From: SAR324 cluster bacterium
GTDB lineage: Bacteria; SAR324; NAC60-12
Direction of reading: 5' to 3'
Assembly (NCBI GenBank): GCA_015232315.1
Contig: JADFZZ010000003.1
Coordinates: 156,732 to 220,731, forward strand
Length of the DNA: 64,000 nt
This document shows, piece by piece, positions 33,225 through 41,425 of the stretch; within the stretch, counting starts at the first letter, position 1; every line of letters starts with the position of its first letter. The notes beneath the pieces are model-generated. The model did no database searches. It was given only the letters and a program-made list of their open reading frames with translations, and had not been told where the DNA came from. The translations under genes were made by a program, and so were the position numbers.

Positions 33225-35072
33225 ATGAAAAAAGAACAATTTTTTTGTGAAAGCCAGTGGAAAATAGGAGCGGCATTTCTGACAATTATCGCTGTTTCCT
33301 TATTTTTCTGGGGTGTCCATATTCTTACGGAGCACCACGAATACAACATCTCCTATGTTCCAGAGACATCGACTCCGGATTCTGCCAAGGCAGTTTCAGT
33401 CAAAGCTGAAGTTGCTCAAAAACCTGTATTTCCAGCCGATTTTGAAAAGACGATTGTCTCGATTGGAATTGACAGTGGCCAGGATACTCCACTTGCGATA
33501 TTAGGTTCGGGGGTCCTTGTCAGCGATGATGGGCATATTGTGACGGCTGACCATTTGGTTGCCGGTTTATCCGGTTTACATGTTCTGCAAAACAATGTTC
33601 GTTATGAATCACATCTCATCAAAAGAGTTGCCAAGTCCAACATAGCCCTCTTGAAAATTGAATCACTCAAAGCCTTTCCCTTTACCTCCATTGATTGTTC
33701 GATGATTGAAATTGGTACGCCTGTTTACGCGTTTGGAAGGGATCAAGGGATCATAGCAAAAGAAGGCATTGCCCGGAATACAGGTGTGTCTCTGGCCATC
33801 AATGACATGATCTATCCTGACCTGATCACAACTGACGCGATCTATACCTGGGCTCAAAGCGGTGGACCCTTGATGAATGTTTTCGGCAATATGGTAGGAC
33901 TGAACATCGCGATCAGTGGCCCACAGAATTCGATTCAGGGTTTTGCTGTACCGGCACCAACTATTTGCTCAAAATTCCGAGAGATTGTTCACGTTGATTC
34001 GATCACAAATATTAAGGTTTATGCCGGGGGCCTCACCAGTCAGTTCTGGAAAAACACCAGAGAAACAGCGAGTGAATACGCTACTCAAATTCGAAATACG
34101 ATTGAATCCAGTTCATCATCTGACTTGATGGTCTACATCGAAGGGAATAAGGGGGATCTCTGGAAACAAGCCAGATTTGTCGCGGATCGAATGGCTGAAA
34201 TCTACAATAAGGCTGATGGGATCAACTACTTGAACAATGCGGTGAGTGATCCTGAACTCAATTTTTTCGGCTACCATATCAGTGGGGTTATCGGACTCCT
34301 GCTCCTCGGGTTTGTCTCCGGTATCAGTGCCGGTATGGTGACAATGGGCGGTGGGATCATTAAAGTCAGTGGCTTGATGATTATTTTTGGCTATGGTCTG
34401 ATCATCATCCGGCCTGTGGCCTATATCACTAATATATTTGTCTACAGTGCCGCGGCCCTGCGTTACAAAAAAGACAATCTGATTTCCTGGCACAACGTAA
34501 AACCGCTCATTCCATTTGCGCTTTTTGGTTTCGTTTTTGGCTATTTTACAGGGATTTATTTAAACAATTCAACAATCAGAATGATGCTTGGGATATATGC
34601 GTTATTGATTGGAATAAAAGTGGTCACAGAAATTATAAGAAGCGCCATGGGATATCCTGAATTTGAAGGGATTTCTCAAAACCAGACAGGTCATCGCTTC
34701 AAAAATAGCTGGCTGGGATTGCCGATGGGAGTTATGAGTGGTATTTTGGGAATCAGCGGGGGTGTCATTGAGGTTCCATTACAGCGTTATGTTGCCAAAG
34801 TTCCTTTGAAAGAGGCCATTGCCAACAGCTCCGTGTTAGTTTTCTGGACATCTTCACTGGGTGCTGTAATCTCCATGGTGCATGGTGCGGGGATTGGCGC
34901 GTTTGAGATCGATACCCCTCTGATCCTGGCATTGATTGTAATACCCGGTGCGTATTTCGGTGGAATGGTGGGAGCATGGCTTACCAAAATAATGCCGATA
35001 AACCTCCTCAAGAGTATCTACTGTGTCTTGATGTTCTTAATTGCGGCACGAATGATGTTATTCACTTTTTAA
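33225..35072 (+). CDS. mamO: MamO: trypsin-like domain fused to a TauE/SafE-type transporter
   Basis: 615 aa. N-terminal protease-like domain (GSGVLVSDDGHIVTADHLV; SNIALLKIE; AQSGGPLMN). The C-terminal ~250 aa have two TauE-type half-repeats (MGGGIIKVSG..., ISGGVIEVPLQ...). Confidence 0.88.
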   Translation: MKKEQFFCESQWKIGAAFLTIIAVSLFFWGVHILTEHHEYNISYVPETSTPDSAKAVSVKAEVAQKPVFPADFEKTIVSIGIDSGQDTPLAILGSGVLVSDDGHIVTADHLVAGLSGLHVLQNNVRYESHLIKRVAKSNIALLKIESLKAFPFTSIDCSMIEIGTPVYAFGRDQGIIAKEGIARNTGVSLAINDMIYPDLITTDAIYTWAQSGGPLMNVFGNMVGLNIAISGPQNSIQGFAVPAPTICSKFREIVHVDSITNIKVYAGGLTSQFWKNTRETASEYATQIRNTIESSSSSDLMVYIEGNKGDLWKQARFVADRMAEIYNKADGINYLNNAVSDPELNFFGYHISGVIGLLLLGFVSGISAGMVTMGGGIIKVSGLMIIFGYGLIIIRPVAYITNIFVYSAAALRYKKDNLISWHNVKPLIPFALFGFVFGYFTGIYLNNSTIRMMLGIYALLIGIKVVTEIIRSAMGYPEFEGISQNQTGHRFKNSWLGLPMGVMSGILGISGGVIEVPLQRYVAKVPLKEAIANSSVLVFWTSSLGAVISMVHGAGIGAFEIDTPLILALIVIPGAYFGGMVGAWLTKIMPINLLKSIYCVLMFLIAARMMLFTF

Positions 35073-35133
35073 TCCGGGATAATTTCGGGAGCAACCCTGA
35101 CTTGATTATCAAGTAATTACCGGGGCTCTCATA

Positions 35134-35281
35134 CAATGTCATCAACTCTGAATGGTGCTGAGCATTAATTCCCCCTTGGTTTAAGGGGGATAGGGGGATG
35201 TAATTCTGAGTGTTAAATCCCCCATACCCCCTTTGTAAAGGGGGATTATCCAGCGAAGAATTTTTTAAGTTGACGACATTG
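35134..35281 (-). repeat. MITE-like element, family 1 (~150 bp), with flanking direct repeat
   Basis: Termini are caatgtcatcaac / gttgacgacattg. The core carries hairpins cccccttggtttaaggggg and ccccctttgtaaaggggg. GGGCTCTCATA occurs at 35123-35133 and again at 35281-35291. Confidence 0.85.
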
Positions 35282-35400
35282 GGCTCTCATAGCCCGATGT
35301 GTTCGGAGGAACTCCGTATAAAAATAACAAAGACCGAATCAGAACGCATGCCATTGAGTGTCTGGTTCGTACAAAAAACAATCGTTAATGTGGAGAAACC

Positions 35401-36063
35401 ATGGCAAATAAAAAGAAAATAGAGGTTGATGTTGATTTTTCAGATACCCTCAGTTTTTACCTGCATTCCGGATTGAAGACAGCGCAGAAAATTTCTGATG
35501 CGTCGATTGAGTGGTATCGGAACATTTTTTCTCTCGAAAATGAGGAAAAAACTGATTATTTTTATGCCAAAGGAATTGATCACGCAAAGAAAGGAAAATA
35601 CGCAAAGGCGATTCCCTTACTAAGCGCAGTCCATCAGGGCATGCCCCAGGATGCTGAGGTATTACACTATCTTGGACTATCCTATCTGAAAACAGGTGAA
35701 GAAGAGAAGGGACTCGCCTGTTTGGAAAAAGTGACAAAAATTGAAGGAACCCATACAAAAACAATGATCCTGCTTGGTTTGCTCTATAGCAAAAAGAAGG
35801 ACTATGAAAAAGCGGTCGCGGTTCTTGAAAATGCGGTTGCCTATGAAAAAAAGGATCCCGCGCTGTATTATCGCCTGGGGTTTGCGTATGATAATCTGAA
35901 AAAACATGACAAGGCCATTCAATGTTTTGAAAAAGCACTTGATCTGGATCCCGACAATGTCAATGTTTGCCAGGCTCTTGGACTTGCGCATGAGTCTCAG
36001 GGAAATCGGGACGAGGCCGTTGCGTATTTCAAGAAAGCCCTGGAAATGGAAGAGAAAGTGTGA
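35401..36063 (+). CDS. mamA: MamA (TPR protein)
   Basis: 220 aa. Consecutive TPR units (AEVLHYLGLSYLKTGEEEKGLACLEKV..., ALYYRLGFAYDNLKKHDKAIQCFEKAL..., NVCQALGLAHESQGNRDEAVAYFKKAL). It follows mamO, as in mamAB operons. Confidence 0.8.
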   Translation: MANKKKIEVDVDFSDTLSFYLHSGLKTAQKISDASIEWYRNIFSLENEEKTDYFYAKGIDHAKKGKYAKAIPLLSAVHQGMPQDAEVLHYLGLSYLKTGEEEKGLACLEKVTKIEGTHTKTMILLGLLYSKKKDYEKAVAVLENAVAYEKKDPALYYRLGFAYDNLKKHDKAIQCFEKALDLDPDNVNVCQALGLAHESQGNRDEAVAYFKKALEMEEKV

Positions 36064-36069
36064 GGCCCT

Positions 36070-36813
36070 ATGGGGGATGAAACCACAATTGACAGGGAAC
36101 AAGAGGAACGAATACGCCGCACAAGAGAACTGGCGGAGCGTTTGTTTCAGGATGAAATCAACCCCAAAAAAGCATCCCGCAAGAAAAAACAAGGTCCTAT
36201 CGTTTTAATTTATTTCATAGGATTTATTGTTTTTGCGATTTCAGTCTTATACCGTGTCAATATGTTCATTAGTTTGGAAGAAGAAGTTTTTGCCTCGGTG
36301 GGACAGATTGATGTCGCGTTGCAAAGACGAATGAATTTATTTGAGAATATTGTGAACACAACACTCAATCAAGGGATTCTGGAATATAAAATTGTTAAAA
36401 ATGTCGCGGATTCCCGTGCGGGTTTTGCTCAAAATTCTGAACTCAGTGGTGTGGTTGACAACCTGGAAAATCTGGAGGCTCTTAAATCCTCACTCGAGGG
36501 GGCTTCTTTTTCCAAACTGATTGCGCTGATGGAACAATATCCGGAAATAAAATTTTCAGACAACTATTCCCGGTTGATCAACAACCTGGTTGATCTGGAA
36601 GATCTCCTGCTTAGAAAACGAGATGCCCGAATTGAACAAATCCGCATTTACAATACCGCGATTACCACGTTTCCTTCAACGTTTCTCGCAAAAATAACAG
36701 GGTTTAAGCGCTATGAATATTTCGAAATGGAGCTACAGTCCCTCCATAACGTGCCAATGTTGAAACCAACTATGTTTAAGCGACTTTTACCTGAATCCAG
36801 GAAGAGCCCATGA
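36070..36813 (+). CDS. mamQ: MamQ (LemA family), copy 2
   Basis: 247 aa. LemA core (LQRRMNLFENIVN...YPEIKFSDNY...RIEQIRIYNTAITTFPSTF). Colinear with copy 1. Confidence 0.88.
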   Translation: MGDETTIDREQEERIRRTRELAERLFQDEINPKKASRKKKQGPIVLIYFIGFIVFAISVLYRVNMFISLEEEVFASVGQIDVALQRRMNLFENIVNTTLNQGILEYKIVKNVADSRAGFAQNSELSGVVDNLENLEALKSSLEGASFSKLIALMEQYPEIKFSDNYSRLINNLVDLEDLLLRKRDARIEQIRIYNTAITTFPSTFLAKITGFKRYEYFEMELQSLHNVPMLKPTMFKRLLPESRKSP

Positions 36814-37676
36814 GATTTGAAGCCTGTAAACAATGCCGAACTGAACAGGGGATCCACTCCTTTTTAGTCAATCTGTTCATGGCCCTTTTTAAAGGGGTGC
36901 TGGGTGTTTTAACCGGAAGCGCGGCGCTGGTCGCTGACGGGTTGCATTCTTCAGCCGATGTGATCGCCACCAGTGTGACCATGGTCAGCGTTTGGATATC
37001 CGGAAAACCGGCAAGTAAATCCTATGCGTATGGCTATGGAAATATTCAGTTTATTTCCGCGGCAATTGTTGGAATGATCCTGTTGTTAGGTGCGCTTTAC
37101 TTATTTGTAAACGCCACCATCAACATCGTCAGTGGTCTCATCGAAAGCCCCAATATGCTGGCCGTGATTGGCGCCATCGTTTCTATCACCATGAATCAGT
37201 TATTGTTCCATTATCAAAAGTGTGTCGGGCAGGAAAACAACAGTCCGGCAATCATGTCCAATGCCTGGGACAATCGTTCGGATGCGCTTTCCTCAGCGGC
37301 GGTGTTGTTTGGAATCATTGTGGCTGTTTTAGGTTTTCCGATCGCGGATCCCTTGGCGGCTATCGCTGTTTCACTCGTAATCGTCAAGATCGCTGTTGAA
37401 CTTCTTATCGATGCGGTCAATGGATTGATGGATCATTCACCAGATATCACTGAATTGCATGAAGTTTATCGTGTTGCTGAAAGCATTGAAGGGGTTCGTG
37501 GTATTTCATCCCTTAAAATGAGACGTCATGGTGAAATAACACTGGTTGATATTGGAATCAAAGTTCCCCCGGATATGAGAGTTTATGAAGGCGATTTAAT
37601 TGCTCTGGCGGTGAAGGTAAAAGTTTCCAAATCCATGGAGCATGAAACGGACGTTCAAGTTTTTGTAGGAGTTTGA
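36810..37676 (+). CDS. mamB: MamB (CDF family)
   Basis: 288 aa. The N-terminus MRFEACKQCRTEQ, TM2 LVADGLHSSAD (His/Asp) and TM5 WDNRSDALSS (Asp/Asp) match my recollection of MamB. ATGA overlap with the mamQ-2 stop. Confidence 0.88.
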   Translation: MRFEACKQCRTEQGIHSFLVNLFMALFKGVLGVLTGSAALVADGLHSSADVIATSVTMVSVWISGKPASKSYAYGYGNIQFISAAIVGMILLLGALYLFVNATINIVSGLIESPNMLAVIGAIVSITMNQLLFHYQKCVGQENNSPAIMSNAWDNRSDALSSAAVLFGIIVAVLGFPIADPLAAIAVSLVIVKIAVELLIDAVNGLMDHSPDITELHEVYRVAESIEGVRGISSLKMRRHGEITLVDIGIKVPPDMRVYEGDLIALAVKVKVSKSMEHETDVQVFVGV

Positions 37677-37677
37677 A

Positions 37678-38256
37678 ATGAGGCCAAAAGAGTTTTCAGT
37701 TCCCATGGGAATTGTTGTGCTGATTGTTATATCGATTCTCGCGATTGGTTATAATAATAAATTAACCAAAGAAAATTCATTGCCGCCAACCGACCCGAAT
37801 CAGCAGGATCTGACTCAATCGACACTACATCCAGCAGTTCAAGGGGTTCCGCAAACACCTGATATCCCAGTGCAGATGGCTCCACAAACTCAGTCAACGA
37901 TTCCTACTCAAGTTCCCTTGAAAGCAGCTCCAACAAGGTTCAGAGATCCCCTCATAGTGACGTTCAGCGGGACTATTACGGCTGCGCATGAAATTGTTGA
38001 TCAAGGTGGGATGACGCATATGTTTATTCAAAATGACATGGGTCTGGAACAGGAAATATCTGTGGCACCAGCATGGTATCTTGTATTCATTGGTTGCCCT
38101 TTAGCCACTGGAACGTATGTCGATGGGAAAGGTTTTGTTTTCGATAGAATGGATGGTGACGCGTCGATTTACGCGAAAAAAATTCGCCTGGCAACAGGAG
38201 TTTGTCGATTCCGCAATGATGAAGGATTTGCGCTTTGGTCTGATCGGTTGAGATAG
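37678..38256 (+). CDS. Single-pass membrane protein at the mamS position (possible MamS-like)
   Basis: 192 aa: N-terminal TM, Pro/Gln-rich linker, and a C-terminal globular part ...VAPAWYLVFIGCPLATGTYVDGKGFVFDR...CRFRNDEGFALWSD. Tightly coupled to mamB (1-nt spacer). Homology to MamS could not be verified here. Confidence 0.6.
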   Translation: MRPKEFSVPMGIVVLIVISILAIGYNNKLTKENSLPPTDPNQQDLTQSTLHPAVQGVPQTPDIPVQMAPQTQSTIPTQVPLKAAPTRFRDPLIVTFSGTITAAHEIVDQGGMTHMFIQNDMGLEQEISVAPAWYLVFIGCPLATGTYVDGKGFVFDRMDGDASIYAKKIRLATGVCRFRNDEGFALWSDRLR

Positions 38257-38280
38257 CAGGGCTGTTCCGTTCTCTGGTAG

Positions 38281-38300
38281 GACGGGACTACGTGCCCGTC
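38281..38300 (+). terminator. Weak hairpin downstream of mam module 2
   Basis: gacggg-actacgtg-cccgtc (6-bp stem), with a T-run 12 nt later. It could equally be a REP-like repeat. Confidence 0.25.
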
Positions 38301-38336
38301 AAACATACGATTTTTGGTGTTGGCGGGGCCTGTAAT

Positions 38337-38494
38337 CCAATGTCGTCAACTTAAGAAATTTTTCGCTGGGAAATCCCCCTTTACAAAGGGGGCCAGGGGG
38401 ATTTAACGCTCAGAATGACATCCCCCTAACCCCCTTGAACCAAGGGGGAATGGAGACACAGGACCATTCAAAATGCTTAAGTTGACGACATTGG
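38337..38494 (+). repeat. MITE-like element, family 1, with a perfect 19-bp TIR
   Basis: ccaatgtcgtcaacttaag ... cttaagttgacgacattgg. The core carries ccccctttacaaaggggg and cccccttgaaccaaggggg. Imperfect flanking duplication GCCTGTAATCC / GCATGTAATCC. Confidence 0.9.
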
Positions 38495-38679
38495 CATGTA
38501 ATCCCCGCCTACCATCCGGTTGACGCTCAAAATAAGGAGAAATGAACAGCCCTGACTGGATACCTGCCTTCGCAGGTAGGACATTGAAGGGCAAACTGTA
38601 AACTAAAATGCAGTCTTTTTGAGAAGAAAAATTAAAACAGATTGGGGAAAAAGCGTTCTCTGTTTTGGGGCATTTTTAG

Positions 38680-39531
38680 CTAAATGAAATGCGTTGACAG
38701 ACTCTCGATCGCATCAGAATCTTTCATGATATATTCAATCAACGATAACAGATAAACAATCTCCCTGCTCATCTCTTTCATCTCAGAATAATACCATTCC
38801 GCCTGCTGATCCTCGTTTTTCCTGAGAGCCTCCACCGTATTTTGGGCCACTTCATGAAAAAACACATGCAACTCATCCAGTTTTTTAATCTCTTGGATTG
38901 AATTGTAATGTTGTGCTTGGAGATTTTTAGTCCAAAACCCGAGATCGCACTCAGTTGCTGTTGCCAGCGATGTGTGTCGTCCTCGATTTTTGAAGGCGGA
39001 AGGCATATTTTCTGTCCATTGCACATGCTTCAATCGCACATGACTGACCTGAAGTGGACTACCAAGGTTCTGTTCCGGATCACGCTGAGTCTTGGTGTTC
39101 ATGAGATAATCCAGCAAAGAACTCAAGGGATGCGACATCTTTTCCTGGCGCTCCTGCATTTGCGTTGAGGCAAGTTCCAATTCTGTCAAAAGATAGATAA
39201 TCTCCCGACTTACTTCAGTCAGACTTTCCAGCTTCAGATTGATTTCCTCCGTGGTTTTATCCGTCCGGTTTGACATAAGTTCGGAAACTTTGTCATGAAA
39301 CTGAGTATGAACAGAATCCAGCCGTTGAACCGCGTCAAACTGATGAAACTTTTTCAATCCTGAAGCCTTCAACCATAAACCCAAATCGCATTCCATATGG
39401 TTATCGACAGGAGAAAGTGTCTCCTCATTTGTCAGTGCCTGTTTCAAATCAAACATCCATTTCAAATGCAGGATTCTGGCAATATTCACATCGAGAGTTT
39501 CACTATTTTTTCGCATAGACCGATTCTCCAT
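38680..39531 (-). CDS. Stand-alone protein with two tandem CZB (chemoreceptor zinc-binding) domains
   Basis: Two complete CZB signatures: HLKW...CDLGLW...HTQFH and HVQW...CDLGFW...HVFFH. Each is followed by a helical segment containing REI(I/V)YLL. Confidence 0.8.
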   Translation of the reverse strand: MENRSMRKNSETLDVNIARILHLKWMFDLKQALTNEETLSPVDNHMECDLGLWLKASGLKKFHQFDAVQRLDSVHTQFHDKVSELMSNRTDKTTEEINLKLESLTEVSREIIYLLTELELASTQMQERQEKMSHPLSSLLDYLMNTKTQRDPEQNLGSPLQVSHVRLKHVQWTENMPSAFKNRGRHTSLATATECDLGFWTKNLQAQHYNSIQEIKKLDELHVFFHEVAQNTVEALRKNEDQQAEWYYSEMKEMSREIVYLLSLIEYIMKDSDAIESLSTHFI

Positions 39532-39739
39532 TCAACTTCACAAAAGTAATTTCAAAATTTCCCTGAGATTCTCACAACCGGGCTATGGCCCACAACTGCT
39601 TTCCCATACACTCATAAATTTTCATAATCAAGAGTAGTTTTTATCTCAGTTCAATTGACTTATTCCTGATGATCTTATATGTGAAGCTGGTGATCTGATT
39701 GTTAACAATTTTGCATTAATTTATGAACGTGAACCAAAC

Positions 39740-41161
39740 ATGGGACTCTTGATGGAAAAACAACCGGTTCTATTAATCATAGATGATGAGCCAGACCTTT
39801 GGGAGACGATCAAAAACGCTCTCAAGCGGGAAGCCTATGAACTGGTATTTGCTCAAAATGGAAAGCAGGGTCTTGAGCTTTTTCATGAAAGAACTCCCAG
39901 CCTCATTCTATTGGATTTACGCATGCCGGGCATGAACGGCCTGGAGTTTCTGCAAACCATCAAACCAGAACCCTCTGATCCATATTTTGTTTATGTTTTG
40001 ACAGGACATGGAAACAATGAAGATGTTAAAGCTTGTTATGCGGCAGGAGCTCACGGGTTTTTACGTAAACCTTTCAACATCCATGAGCTTCGTGGAGTCT
40101 TGAAACGAAGCATTCAGCTCATTAAAAACAGGGAATTAAGTTCTAACAACAAAGATGCTTACGTCGATTTTATTGTAAACAGCTCCAACTGTCGTACACC
40201 GGAACAATTAACTGAAACCTTCTTCGAAGCTGTCAAACGCCTTTATTTTGAAAACTGGGGTTCACTCAACGTTTCAATCCTTACCAGGAATGAGGGGAGC
40301 GTTTTTGGACTTTCAGACCAAACCTCAGTTGTGAAAGATGGTGCCGCACTTGAGCGGACAGACTTAAATTCTGTCACGAACCTGAGTGCCTTGGAACAGA
40401 AAATATTAAAAAAAACATTGAATGAATATACGGTTGAAACCAAAGAAGGTCAGGCAAAGGATGCACCCACAGTCCATGCCGCCTGGGCAATTTTCTGGGA
40501 ACTGGAGGGGGATCCTGCTGATTCAAGTGGGCTGGCGGTCCTCATACGCAATTATCCATCGCTTGAATGTTCTGATGAAACTCAGTTGGCAACGAGGAAA
40601 AATATCAGGGAAGACATTGAGAATGCTGTGGCCAAGATGCTTGAACGGGTTTCTGAAGTTATGGAAAAACTCAACACCCAAAGAAAGCTGAAAGAAACCA
40701 ATGCTTTGCTGGAAAAACAAAAAACCGAACTTGAACATGAACGGGAAACAACTAAAAAGATTGTGCTTTTCTCTGTGCAGGAATTTCAGGTCATCTTTGA
40801 GGACAGCAATGACAATCAGGAAAAACAGATGGAACTTTGGGAAAACGCGCTCGCCTCTGTTAAAGAATCCTTCAATAAAGCCCTTGAGGCCACTGAAAAT
40901 ACGGTTAGAAGTCGAAATCAACAAATTTCAATGTGGAGGGATTCTGTGGATCAAGTGACCCGGTCCTTCACACAGGCAATGTCCTGTTTCACCGAATTGC
41001 AACCCGGCCAGCAGACCTTTCTGACGAATCTGAATAAACTGAAATCCCTTTACAGTGACACGGATTTGAATGAAAAACTAACACCCGGACAAATGAGTCA
41101 TACCGACGTGTCGGGCCAACAGGAAAACGTTGATGACCTGCTGGCCTCCTTAGGCTTGTGA
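39740..41161 (+). CDS. Response-regulator receiver protein with unknown central domain, coiled coil and CheZ-type C-terminal peptide
   Basis: 473 aa. REC with IIDDE, LLDLRMP, LTGHG, FLRKP. The C-terminus ...SGQQENVDDLLASLGL resembles the CheZ C-terminal CheY-binding peptide (...QDQVDDLLDSLGF). Confidence 0.8.
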   Translation: MGLLMEKQPVLLIIDDEPDLWETIKNALKREAYELVFAQNGKQGLELFHERTPSLILLDLRMPGMNGLEFLQTIKPEPSDPYFVYVLTGHGNNEDVKACYAAGAHGFLRKPFNIHELRGVLKRSIQLIKNRELSSNNKDAYVDFIVNSSNCRTPEQLTETFFEAVKRLYFENWGSLNVSILTRNEGSVFGLSDQTSVVKDGAALERTDLNSVTNLSALEQKILKKTLNEYTVETKEGQAKDAPTVHAAWAIFWELEGDPADSSGLAVLIRNYPSLECSDETQLATRKNIREDIENAVAKMLERVSEVMEKLNTQRKLKETNALLEKQKTELEHERETTKKIVLFSVQEFQVIFEDSNDNQEKQMELWENALASVKESFNKALEATENTVRSRNQQISMWRDSVDQVTRSFTQAMSCFTELQPGQQTFLTNLNKLKSLYSDTDLNEKLTPGQMSHTDVSGQQENVDDLLASLGL

Positions 41162-41187
41162 AACTCAGCGTCCGGAAACCCGATCAA

Positions 41188-41376
41188 AAGTTTCCACCTG
41201 TGCAGGTGGTTTGAAAATGAGCCACCAAGAACGCTAAGAACACGAAAAAAAGGTTTTTTATATAAATGAAGTCCTCCGTGAAACCCTGATTTTCAAGTTT
41301 TCCGGTGTATATTCCCTTTTTTACTTTGTGTTCTTCGTGTACTTCGTGGCTGAAAAAGTACCTGCACAGCTCGATG
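41188..41376 (-). repeat. MITE-like palindromic element, family 2, copy 3 (inverted)
   Basis: Its reverse complement is near-identical to 25139-25325. Track ORF 41184-41441 merely reads through it. Confidence 0.85.
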
Positions 41377-41425
41377 TTATTTATTGAACGTTTCTTAGCC
41401 GGATAATACATCTTCAGAAAATAAA

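Noticed and set aside
38403-38594. Short ORFs through family-1 MITEs (38403-38594, 50386-50571, 58277-58495) with PLFKGGMGDL / IPLNPP-type peptides
   Set aside because: These peptides come from the hairpin cores of the repeat. They are read in both orientations and in different frames in different copies.
40740-40830. CheZ catalytic motif in the 473-aa REC protein
   Set aside because: The only similar string is VQEFQVIFED, which lacks the catalytic Gln position of QDFQDLTGQ. Only the C-terminal docking peptide is claimed.
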